In this document: one piece after another, positions 26,748 through 35,110 of the stretch
Layout: each line of letters starts with the position of its first letter
Position numbering within the stretch: the first letter of the stretch is position 1
DNA from: Alphaproteobacteria bacterium
Lineage (GTDB): Bacteria; Pseudomonadota; Alphaproteobacteria; RF32; CAG-239
Assembly (NCBI GenBank): GCA_045639065.1
Contig: JAZUCK010000001.1
Location: 11,331-75,330, forward strand
Direction: 5' to 3'
DNA: 64,000 bases
Made by a program: the position numbers and the translations under genes
The notes under the pieces: generated by a model
The model's input: the letters and a program-made list of their open reading frames with translations, nothing else
Database searches by the model: none
What the model was told of the DNA's origin: nothing

Positions 26748-27335
26748 TTATTGTTCAACTCCTTTTAATTCAGGATTTTGTTGCAGATATTTGAAGATTA
26801 AGGCCATGGAACAGCCTATCTCATCTGCAATTTGTCGTTTGCTTCTTCCTAATTTGAGCATTTGAGTTATTTTTTGTTTGTTTCGTTCTAATATGGTGTT
26901 TTTACATTTTTTGCCTTTGGGAAAACCAAGAACCGCGCCCTCATTTTTTTTGTCACTTAAGGCTTTTTTGGTTATGGTCGAAACCATAGAATTACGGATA
27001 TCTATTGATAATTTGATACCTTGTATAAGTAATAAGGCTTCTTGTGATGAATTTAGTTTAAGATTTTCTTTGACACTGATTAGTTCAAATCCGTTTGATA
27101 TTAAAAACTCTATATTTTCTACAATTGTTGCCAACTTATTGCCTAAACAGGCGATATTGGCAATGATTAGAGTATTATTTTTTGTATTGATATTGTTTTT
27201 GATACTTTTGATGTCTGTTGCACAAAAAAACACATCAACCGTTTCCATATTTTGTTGGACAGATTGATTTATGACATCCTGTTGATTGTCTACGCTGATG
27301 TTTTTGGGGTTATTGTCTAAATATCCAACAATCAA
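26748..27335 (-). CDS. Serine recombinase (Hin/resolvase) homolog lacking catalytic residues, with C-terminal HTH
   Basis: VGYLDNN replaces GYxRVS; TLIIANIACLGNK replaces TLVVxKLDRLGR; G..LGFP arm and SKRQIADEIGCSMALIFKYL HTH retained; TTG start with GGAGG RBS. Confidence 0.75.
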   Translation of the reverse strand: MIVGYLDNNPKNISVDNQQDVINQSVQQNMETVDVFFCATDIKSIKNNINTKNNTLIIANIACLGNKLATIVENIEFLISNGFELISVKENLKLNSSQEALLLIQGIKLSIDIRNSMVSTITKKALSDKKNEGAVLGFPKGKKCKNTILERNKQKITQMLKLGRSKRQIADEIGCSMALIFKYLQQNPELKGVEQ

Positions 27336-27363
27336 AATTTGCCTCCATCAGTGGAATTTAGAA

Positions 27364-27522
27364 TCTACAAAAACCACCGTTTAAATTTAATAGTAAAATT
27401 CATAATCCAACAAATTTTAAATTGCAAGCAAAAAATCAGAAAACACAGTGGGTTTGCTTAAATTTACTCCTCTCTTGAAAAATAAGCAAATTTGCCTCTA
27501 CAAAAACGGTGGTTTTTGTTGA
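27364..27522. promoter_or_regulatory. Candidate invertible promoter bounded by inverted 26-bp hix-like sites (27364-27389, 27497-27522)
   Basis: 16-bp perfect inverted repeat, complementary AC/GT central dinucleotides, internal -35 TTGCAA / 17 bp / -10 TATGAA on the minus strand. Confidence 0.65.
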
Positions 27523-27538
27523 ACCATCGTTTTTTTTT
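27505..27538 (+). terminator. Plus-strand intrinsic terminator overlapping the right hix-like site
   Basis: AACGGTGGTT-loop-AACCATCGTT-TTTTTTT. Confidence 0.65.
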
Positions 27539-27657
27539 ATATACGTTTAATTAAAACAGCGTGACGAATCTTTAACATTCTGCGTTCCTTTATTTTGAGT
27601 CCTGTAAACATAATATTTAAAATTTTTACTCAATGTAATTTTTTTTTCATTTAAAAA

Positions 27658-27683
27658 TGAACCTTTTCATTTATACTGTCGTT
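27658..27683 (+). promoter_or_regulatory. Putative autoregulatory ECF sigma promoter (second copy at 23276-23301)
   Basis: TGAACC-N16-CGTT, resembling SigW/SigX-type ECF promoters, upstream of the ECF operon. Confidence 0.6.
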
Positions 27684-27708
27684 ATAAGTGGTAGAAAGGA
27701 GATGAAAA

Positions 27709-27963
27709 ATGCAAGATATTTCTGATTTAATCAAAGAAGCAAAACCTTTGTATCACAAACGAAAAAGACAAAGACGCATTGTCAAATCGGCATTGGCCGG
27801 TGTGGCATGTTTGTTCTTGGTCTTTGTAAATATGCCAAGTTATCAGATGGTTGATGATTTTTATAATCCTTATTTGGATTACGGATTTCAAGAAAATCAG
27901 GAAACATATGTTGAAAATCTCGGCTTGCCGGTTGATGATTACGGATTGCTTTTGGTGAGCTAG
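27709..27963 (+). CDS. Small single-TM protein, possible anti-sigma or ECF-associated protein
   Basis: Basic stretch, one TM helix; stop abuts the sigma start; RBS AAAGGAG. Confidence 0.55.
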   Translation: MQDISDLIKEAKPLYHKRKRQRRIVKSALAGVACLFLVFVNMPSYQMVDDFYNPYLDYGFQENQETYVENLGLPVDDYGLLLVS

Positions 27964-28461
27964 ATGAGAAATATCATTGAACAAAATAAGGGCTTGATAA
28001 AAGCCATAATCAAAAAAATTACCGGTTCGTATAATGACGATATCGAACAAGAGGTCTATATCAAAACTTGGAAAAATATCGATAATTATAAAGAAAGCGG
28101 AAAGTTAAAATCTTGGATTGCCACGATTACAGCCAATGTTTGCAGAGATTATTTTAAGTCGTCATCATATAAACAGAATATGCGTGAAGTGAGAGATGAA
28201 AGTGTTTTAGAAAACAAAGCTATTTTGGCTTCACAAGAAAAAGTTATAGATGCGAAAAAAAGGCAAAAAATAATCTTAAAAGCAGTTGATGAGTTGCCGT
28301 ATAAAATGCGAAAAGTTGTGATTTTGTTTGAATTTGAAGATTTTACTATCGCTGAAATTGCAAAGAAACTTGGCGAGCCGGAAGGAACTATTAAATCAAG
28401 ACTTTATAATGCAAGAAAAGTCTTGGCTGAAAAATTAAAATTTTTACTAGGAGAAAAATGA
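27964..28461 (+). CDS. ECF RNA polymerase sigma factor
   Basis: DDIEQEVYIKTW, SWIATITANVCRD (region 2), EIAKKLGEPEGTIKSRLYNARK (region 4). Confidence 0.92.
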   Translation: MRNIIEQNKGLIKAIIKKITGSYNDDIEQEVYIKTWKNIDNYKESGKLKSWIATITANVCRDYFKSSSYKQNMREVRDESVLENKAILASQEKVIDAKKRQKIILKAVDELPYKMRKVVILFEFEDFTIAEIAKKLGEPEGTIKSRLYNARKVLAEKLKFLLGEK

Positions 28462-28865
28462 TGAAAAAAATGTTGTTGTTGGCTATTTTTAGTGTCGTTT
28501 TAAGCGGTGGTGTTGCTGAGGCTGACGCCAAAGGCCCTAAAGGGGATTTTGATAGACGACCGTCAATTGAAGAAATTAAAAAACATGAAGAGAAATTTGC
28601 AGAAAAACTCGGATTGAGCAAAGAGCAAAAAGAAAAAGCTAAAGAATTGCGACAAGAGGGCAGAAAGAAAATGGAACCTTTGATGAAGCAGAAAAAAGAA
28701 CTTCACGAAAAAATGGAAAGGTTAAGAAAAGAAAATATGGAGCAATTTGAAAAGATTTTGACTGCTGAACAAAAAGAAAAATTGAAAGAAATTAAAAAAG
28801 AACATAAAGAAAAACGTTTTGGAAAACGTCATCATAAAGGAAAAAAAGACAAACCGGGTAAATAA
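28458..28865 (+). CDS. Spy/CpxP-like periplasmic protein
   Basis: Signal peptide; LGLSKEQKEK and ILTAEQKEK (LTxxQ) motifs. Confidence 0.75.
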   Translation: MMKKMLLLAIFSVVLSGGVAEADAKGPKGDFDRRPSIEEIKKHEEKFAEKLGLSKEQKEKAKELRQEGRKKMEPLMKQKKELHEKMERLRKENMEQFEKILTAEQKEKLKEIKKEHKEKRFGKRHHKGKKDKPGK

Positions 28866-28890
28866 ATTTAACTTATTATAAGGTGATAAA

Positions 28891-29229
28891 ATGAAAAAAT
28901 TTATTTTGACATTTTTGATGGCTTTGATGATTTGTAATCCGGCTTTTGCCAAAGGAAGAGGGCATCATCACGGACATTTTCACTACAGGGGTCATCATGG
29001 GGGAATTCATGCGGTAGGTGATTTGGCTTGGGGCGTTGCCGGTGTTGTTGCCGGTGCTACACTAATCAGCAGTTTGGTTAGTTCAACAAGCCAACCCAAG
29101 TATCAACAGCCTAAAGTATACATCGCCGAACCTGAGGGTGAGTGTTATATTACCGTTTCGAGAAAAACCGGCGATGTTAAGGAAAAATGCTTTAATAGAT
29201 TGTCAAAAGGGATAATTTATGTTGACTAA
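28891..29229 (+). CDS. Exported hypothetical protein with His/Gly-rich segment
   Basis: Signal peptide, GRGHHHGHFHYRGHHGG. Confidence 0.6.
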   Translation: MKKFILTFLMALMICNPAFAKGRGHHHGHFHYRGHHGGIHAVGDLAWGVAGVVAGATLISSLVSSTSQPKYQQPKVYIAEPEGECYITVSRKTGDVKEKCFNRLSKGIIYVD

Positions 29230-29251
29230 TAGGTAGTTTTTTGATTTGCTG

Positions 29252-29282
29252 AAAGTCGCCTTTAATATGAGGCGACTTTTTT
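29252..29282 (+). terminator. Intrinsic terminator closing the ECF operon
   Basis: AAAGTCGCCT-loop-AGGCGACTTTTTT. Confidence 0.8.
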
Positions 29283-29305
29283 GTTGTGTTAATAAGAGGT
29301 GCAAA

Positions 29306-30511
29306 ATGCAGAATTCTAAAGCAAAGAATATCAATTTTAGAGAAATGTGGAATAAGATAATTTCCAGTGATATGACTAGTGGAATTTTGATGATTACGGC
29401 AATGTTTGCATCTATTATTTGTGCAAATACAAATCTAAGAGAACCTATTGCTCATTTTTGGGAAACGCCATTATTTGTCGGAATTGGTAATTTGAATTTT
29501 TCTAAGTCGCTTGAATGGTGGGTTAATGATGTTTTGATGGTTTTCTTTTTTTTGCAGGTGGGATTAGAGTTAAAAAAAGAAATGAAAGAAGGATTTTTAT
29601 CTGATCCAAGACAGATATTAGTTCCTGCATTAGCCGCACTTGGCGGTATTATGTGTCCGGCGATTATTTTTGCCGTAATAAATCATGGTAATTCTGAATA
29701 TATGAATGGTTGGGCAATTCCTACGGCAACTGATATTGCTTTTGCTGTTTGTGTTTTGATGTTAGTCGGTAAGGCAATACCTCAGGCTGCTAAAATATTT
29801 TTGTTGGCGGTTGCCATATTTGACGACTTAGGTGCTATTTTGATTATTGCTATTTTTTATAATCAAGGCGTTTCACTTGATTTGTTGGGGTATGCCGGAT
29901 TAGCATGTTTTGCATTATATATGTTAAATAAAATGCAATTTACTTCTTTTGCGCCTTATTTGTTACTGGGTGTTGTTTTGTGGTATTGCTTCTTGAACGG
30001 AGGTATTCATACAACAATTGCCGGTGTGGTTGTGGCAATGGCCTACCCGATGCGCGTTACAAGAAAAACATACTCACCGTTGGAAAGATTGACTTTAACT
30101 ATAAAACCTTGGGTTGATGTATTGATTTTGCCTGTTTTTGCATTCGCTTCGGCCGGTTTGTATTTAGGCGGAGTTACATGGCAAACATTTACGCATCCTT
30201 TGACTTTGGGCGTTATTTGCGGATTGTTCTTCGGTAAGCAAATAGGTATTTTTTCGACTACTTGGTTGTTGGTAAAATCTAAAATCGCTATGTTCCCTAA
30301 AGAAGTTAAAATGATTGATTTATATGGCGTTGCTTCGGTTGCCGGAATTGGTTTTACCATGGCATTGTTTGTCGGAAAACTATCGTTACCAAGTGATTTG
30401 CAAGAAGAAATAAGATTGGGTATTTTGTGCGGTTCGGTGCTTTCAGCTATTTGGGGCGCGCTTGTTTTTCAACTGGAAGATTTTTTGGTTAAGCACAAAA
30501 TTTTTAGCTGA
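29306..30511 (+). CDS. nhaA: Na+/H+ antiporter NhaA
   Basis: NDVLMVFFFLQVGLELKKE, GWAIPTATDIAF, AIFDDLGAI, GIGFTMALF; start at ATG 29306 (GAGGT RBS). Confidence 0.95.
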   Translation: MQNSKAKNINFREMWNKIISSDMTSGILMITAMFASIICANTNLREPIAHFWETPLFVGIGNLNFSKSLEWWVNDVLMVFFFLQVGLELKKEMKEGFLSDPRQILVPALAALGGIMCPAIIFAVINHGNSEYMNGWAIPTATDIAFAVCVLMLVGKAIPQAAKIFLLAVAIFDDLGAILIIAIFYNQGVSLDLLGYAGLACFALYMLNKMQFTSFAPYLLLGVVLWYCFLNGGIHTTIAGVVVAMAYPMRVTRKTYSPLERLTLTIKPWVDVLILPVFAFASAGLYLGGVTWQTFTHPLTLGVICGLFFGKQIGIFSTTWLLVKSKIAMFPKEVKMIDLYGVASVAGIGFTMALFVGKLSLPSDLQEEIRLGILCGSVLSAIWGALVFQLEDFLVKHKIFS

Positions 30512-30578
30512 TATTTGAAATTTTGATCGGTGCTCCTATATATTTTTACATAGTCAATTTTTATAGGAGTGCTTTGTT

Positions 30579-31109
30579 ATGCCTGTTTCAAGATATGTAA
30601 ATAGCAAATGGAATTTGTTTGCCGGTGTTGTAATGATGTTGCTTGGGTTAATGGTATGGTTTAATCCTTTTGATACGCTAATTGCGTTAGCTTTTTATAT
30701 AGGGCTTAGTTTTATTATCGCCGGCTTGTTTTATCTTGTTTCGGCTTATGAGCTTCGGTTTGGTTGGTATTTGTTGGTTGGTTCATTTGATATGCTGGTG
30801 GGCGTAGTACTTATTTCAAATTTGGGAATAACAGCTGTCAGCTTACCGATTATTTTAGCTTTGTGGTGTTTGACGGTCGGTATTATTCAAATAATAAGCT
30901 CGCTTGAATTTAAAAATGCTGATTTACCTTGGAAATGGACTGCTTTAATGGGGTATGTTGGATTATTTTTCGGACTTGCAGTTATAATGTTTCCGGCTGT
31001 CGGAGCTGTGGCAATTTCTACAATTATCGGATTTTATGCCATAATGTTCGGAATAATTCAAATCGGTGAGTATCGTGCATGCAAAAACATTTATAAAAGA
31101 ATGTGCTGA
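30579..31109 (+). CDS. HdeD/DUF308 family membrane protein
   Basis: Six hydrophobic segments with the repeated G-rich pattern typical of HdeD. Confidence 0.7.
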   Translation: MPVSRYVNSKWNLFAGVVMMLLGLMVWFNPFDTLIALAFYIGLSFIIAGLFYLVSAYELRFGWYLLVGSFDMLVGVVLISNLGITAVSLPIILALWCLTVGIIQIISSLEFKNADLPWKWTALMGYVGLFFGLAVIMFPAVGAVAISTIIGFYAIMFGIIQIGEYRACKNIYKRMC

Positions 31110-31112
31110 GGC

Positions 31113-32063
31113 TTATTTGTTATACGAGGCTCGTTTGATTCGGTCATTGATTGCTAAGCCTAGTCCGGTGTCTGGAATCGGGGCAATGGCAATTGCCGAA
31201 TAGGTCGCTTGTTCTTCAGCCAGATGCATAAAAGCAAAAAGATTTGCGGCGGCTTCGACTAAGTCGCTATTAGGGCTTAAGTTTAAGTCGCAGTTAATAT
31301 CTCCAAACCCGATATAAAATTCGTTTTCTTTTCTATCATTCGCGGTAACGTTTATTCGGGTAGGAATGCGAGGTGCATAATGCTTGAGCATTTGTCCGGG
31401 GGAGGAGGGCAACTCCGGATTGCCGTGAGAGAGTAATACTTCTTCGTTTAAGAATTTTTCTAAGTCTTCTTTAGCAAGTCCTCCGGCACGAAGCATAACA
31501 GTTTTGGTGGTGGTTAAATCGATAATGGTTGATTCAACGCCGACATTACAAGTGCCACCATCAATTATCATATCAACCCTTAATCCGAGGCTTTCGTAAA
31601 CATGGCGTGCAGTGGTGGGGGATATACTTTGTGAACGGTTAGCTGACGGAGCGGCGATAGGAACTCCTGCTTGTTTAATAAGCTCTAAGGCAATGGTGTG
31701 GTTGGGCATACGGACGCTTAAGGTCGGTAAACCGGCACATACCAAATCAAAAGAATGGTCTAAATTTTTACGGTTTAGGACAAAAGTTAATGGTCCGGGC
31801 CAAAATTGTTTAGCTAAAGCAATAACACGCTCGTCAGTTTGAGCTAATTCATGTAATGATTCGATTTCGGCAATATGTGAGATGAGAGGGTTAAAATTAG
31901 GACGACCTTTGGCTTCAAATATCTTGGCAACCGCTTTGGCGTCAAAAGAATTTGCTCCCAAACCATATACGGTTTCGGTCGGAAACGCAACCAAACCACT
32001 ATTTTTGATAGTGTTAGCGGCTTTGGTTATGATAGAGTTTGAATAAACGTATATATTAGTCAT
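31113..32063 (-). CDS. tsaC: L-threonylcarbamoyladenylate synthase (Sua5-type TsaC)
   Basis: VAFPTETVYGLG, KGRPNFNPLISH, APSAN, GVESTIID, SPGQMLKHYAP, AINDRI.RA. Confidence 0.95.
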   Translation of the reverse strand: MTNIYVYSNSIITKAANTIKNSGLVAFPTETVYGLGANSFDAKAVAKIFEAKGRPNFNPLISHIAEIESLHELAQTDERVIALAKQFWPGPLTFVLNRKNLDHSFDLVCAGLPTLSVRMPNHTIALELIKQAGVPIAAPSANRSQSISPTTARHVYESLGLRVDMIIDGGTCNVGVESTIIDLTTTKTVMLRAGGLAKEDLEKFLNEEVLLSHGNPELPSSPGQMLKHYAPRIPTRINVTANDRKENEFYIGFGDINCDLNLSPNSDLVEAAANLFAFMHLAEEQATYSAIAIAPIPDTGLGLAINDRIKRASYNK

Positions 32064-32472
32064 CTATCTTTAATAAATATCTCACAGCATTTTGAAAATT
32101 GTCAAATGTATGTATCACTGAAAAATCATAGTTGTCAACCATAGAATATGAATTGGTTGATTTATGCCATGCAATATAAGTTGTTTCGGTCGAGCCTAGT
32201 AAAGTCATATCTTCATAGTTTGGGGCTTCGGCAATATTGTTTTCGCTCAAAATATCAAAACGATAGCCTTTTTTTGTGTTGATACCCCAAAAACAGCGAC
32301 CTTCAAGCAAAAAGCCATTATATTTTTTTAAGAAAGTAATTACTTCCGGCGGAAGTTGGTTGTAACCATATTCTACCATCTTTTTTTGGTATGAGATAAT
32401 ATCTTTTTCACTCAAAGGAGTTCCGGTAATAGCAAAACGAATGTTATTGATTTCATCAAATAAACTATTCAT
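32056..32472 (-). CDS. SMI1/KNR4 (SUKH, YrhA-like) immunity protein
   Basis: LPPEVITFLKKYNG motif; start reassigned to ATG 32472 after GGAGG RBS, overlapping the upstream stop. Confidence 0.7.
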   Translation of the reverse strand: MNSLFDEINNIRFAITGTPLSEKDIISYQKKMVEYGYNQLPPEVITFLKKYNGFLLEGRCFWGINTKKGYRFDILSENNIAEAPNYEDMTLLGSTETTYIAWHKSTNSYSMVDNYDFSVIHTFDNFQNAVRYLLKIDD

Positions 32473-33544
32473 TGCGACCTCCGTTTTTGATTTTGTATAT
32501 TCCTTGAGAATATAAGCGTTCGTTTGCCGGATTTCTGACAATGAGGAATTCTTTTCTTAAACCACCCAAATATACTAAGTTAATATTAAGGTCTAATTCT
32601 TGCGGGTGATGCATAATGGTATGGTACGGGTTGGCATAACATAAGGTTAAGTTTGAAAAATCGTTGATTTTACTGTAATCATCAGTTTCATTAGCAAATT
32701 GACGATTTTTTTTGTGATGTACATTATACATTGCTGCAGATTTTTGCAATTTTTCCCAAGTTTCATCAGAATATTGTTTTGATGTACCGATTTGGTGAAT
32801 ATATTCTAAAAAGTTTTTTGCATCATCTTCTCTACCAAGCATTGATTCTATGCGTAAAAATTCTTCACCATAGCATACTTCAAACATTTTTAAGTATTTG
32901 GTGCGTTGGCATTGCATAGCTTTTTGCGGATTTTCTTTGTTGTGTTTTTTTATCAGATATGCCACATCATAAATATTAAGATATTGGAGTTCATCAGGCG
33001 GATATCCCATATTAGCCAACTGATGACATATCGGAAAATACATGGTCTGAAAATTTTTGAATTTTGCCATTTCTGACCAAATAGGTATATTGGTCAATTC
33101 GTAATCACTGTATTCGTGACGATTGCTGATATCATATTTTTGAGCGGTAGCAAGGGCATTTTTAAAATAAGTTGAAATATTACTTTCTTCTTTGCTGACA
33201 CCTTCAAAATCCCAGTTTATAATGAGTTTTTGTTCGGGAGATAATTTAGGTTGATCAGGAATTGTTAAGTGAGGAGAGCCGATATGGTGAGAGTCGATTA
33301 TTTCGATAATATCTTCTTTGGCAATGGCGCGGTTTGATTGGTCAGGAGAAGTATCTCGTTGGGTGTTTTTTTTGCCGTCATTACCGCCACGATCTTTGCT
33401 TTTTTTGTTGTTTCCTTTAGCAATATGTCCTTTTTTGTGTTTTGATAATTGCTCAAGCAATTCTTCTAAAAGCTCTTTTTCTTCAAGCTCTTCTTTGATT
33501 GCTTCTAAATATTGTTTTTTGTATCGGACCATAGTTATCTCCAC
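32465..33544 (-). CDS. Putative HNH-type nuclease toxin
   Basis: C-terminal NVHHK...NDFSNLTLC...YHTIMH pattern; immediately upstream of SUKH gene. Confidence 0.55.
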   Translation of the reverse strand: MEITMVRYKKQYLEAIKEELEEKELLEELLEQLSKHKKGHIAKGNNKKSKDRGGNDGKKNTQRDTSPDQSNRAIAKEDIIEIIDSHHIGSPHLTIPDQPKLSPEQKLIINWDFEGVSKEESNISTYFKNALATAQKYDISNRHEYSDYELTNIPIWSEMAKFKNFQTMYFPICHQLANMGYPPDELQYLNIYDVAYLIKKHNKENPQKAMQCQRTKYLKMFEVCYGEEFLRIESMLGREDDAKNFLEYIHQIGTSKQYSDETWEKLQKSAAMYNVHHKKNRQFANETDDYSKINDFSNLTLCYANPYHTIMHHPQELDLNINLVYLGGLRKEFLIVRNPANERLYSQGIYKIKNGGRNE

Positions 33545-33690
33545 ACTTTGACAAAATATAGCATTATAAAAGTTTTTTGTCTATATATTTTTTTATATTT
33601 GATGTGTTTTTTGTTTTACTTTTTTCTACTTCAAGTTTAGACTATCTGTTATAAAAAAAGAATCCTTAAAACTTTGAGGAGTTAATTGTT

Positions 33691-35106
33691 ATGTTAGAAG
33701 TTATTTTTACTAAAGATGAACCGCTAGATGATATTGTAAAAGTTATTGCGATGTTCGAGGATAAGCCGGCAAAGGTCGAGTTTTTGGACGAGACGGAAGC
33801 AAATTTGGTGCAAACAGCAATTGCTCAGGCAAATTTTGAAGCAAAATCATGTGAGTATCTGAATGTCTATGGCGGTAAGAGCAAAATTGTTTTGTTGGGA
33901 CTTGGTAAAGATGACGATGACTTAAATATTCAAAGAGTAGGCGAAAAACTTTTTGAAGTTTTGTTTACTGATGAAAAAGCTTATATATTTTCCGAAAATG
34001 ATGAAATAGCACAAAACTTGGCCTATGGTGTTTTGCTCGGTTCGTACAGTTTTGATAAATACAAAACCGAAAAGAAAGATGATGAATATACCAAGCTTGA
34101 GCAAATAATCTTAAAAGTCAGCGATGTTGAAAAAAATAAGGAAAATTTTAAGCATTGTTTAGCTATGGCTAATGGTATCAGGTATTGTAAAGATTTGTGT
34201 AATGAACCGGCAGGTTATTTGACCCCGGAAGTGTTTGCGTATGATATTAAACGACTTGAATATTTGGGGCTTGATGTTGAGCTTTTGGATATGGAGGCTA
34301 TTCGCTTAAATGGACTTGGTCTTGTAGAAGCCGTCGGTAAAGGTGGTGCTAATTTACCTTATGTAGTGGTAATGAGTTGGCGTGGTAACCGAGATAAAAA
34401 AGACTATGATTTAGGACTTGTCGGTAAAGGGGTTTGTTTTGACAGCGGTGGTTTATCACTGAAGACCGGCAATGGTATGGTAGAGATGAAAATGGATATG
34501 TCGGGAGCTGCTGCAGTTGTGTCGGCAATGAAAGTTGCGGCATTACAAAGAATAAAGAAAAATTTGGTGGCAGTAGTTTCGTTGGTTGAAAATATGCCGG
34601 ACGGAAATGCGACTAAAATAGGTGACATTATTACATCTTATAGCGGAAAGACCGTTGAGGTTTTGAACGCTGATGCCGAGGGAAGACTTATTGTAGCCGA
34701 TGCTCTTTCATATATACAAAAGAATTTTAAGGTGTCAAAAATTATCGATTTGGCAACACTTGGTACGGTAACAGCAATGCTCGGTAATGTATATGCCGGA
34801 CTGTTTTCTAATGATGAAAAACTTACAAAAATGCTTATTTCTGCAGGTGAAAAGAGTGGTGAAAGATTGTGGTCGTTGCCGATTGATAAAGGTTATGAAA
34901 AAATGATAAAATCAGATGTTGCCGATATGAAAAATATTTCTACGTCACAGTCGGCCAGAGTTACTTCGGTTGCATTTTTGAACAAGTTTATTGAAAAAGG
35001 CACAAAGTGGGCTCATATTGATGTCAGCGGTCTGAGATTGGATAAAAGCGGATTGTCTTCCGGTTTTGGCGTAAAATTGTTAAATGAAGTTATGAAGGGT
35101 TTGTGA
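33691..35106 (+). CDS. pepA: Leucyl aminopeptidase (M17)
   Basis: GKGVCFDSGGLSLK, MKMDMSGAA, NADAEGRL, WAHIDVSG. Confidence 0.92.
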   Translation: MLEVIFTKDEPLDDIVKVIAMFEDKPAKVEFLDETEANLVQTAIAQANFEAKSCEYLNVYGGKSKIVLLGLGKDDDDLNIQRVGEKLFEVLFTDEKAYIFSENDEIAQNLAYGVLLGSYSFDKYKTEKKDDEYTKLEQIILKVSDVEKNKENFKHCLAMANGIRYCKDLCNEPAGYLTPEVFAYDIKRLEYLGLDVELLDMEAIRLNGLGLVEAVGKGGANLPYVVVMSWRGNRDKKDYDLGLVGKGVCFDSGGLSLKTGNGMVEMKMDMSGAAAVVSAMKVAALQRIKKNLVAVVSLVENMPDGNATKIGDIITSYSGKTVEVLNADAEGRLIVADALSYIQKNFKVSKIIDLATLGTVTAMLGNVYAGLFSNDEKLTKMLISAGEKSGERLWSLPIDKGYEKMIKSDVADMKNISTSQSARVTSVAFLNKFIEKGTKWAHIDVSGLRLDKSGLSSGFGVKLLNEVMKGL

Positions 35107-35110
35107 TATT

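Noticed and set aside
26748-27335. Active transposon resolvase marking a Tn3-like element
   Set aside because: Catalytic motifs are absent, and there is no transposase or terminal inverted repeat.
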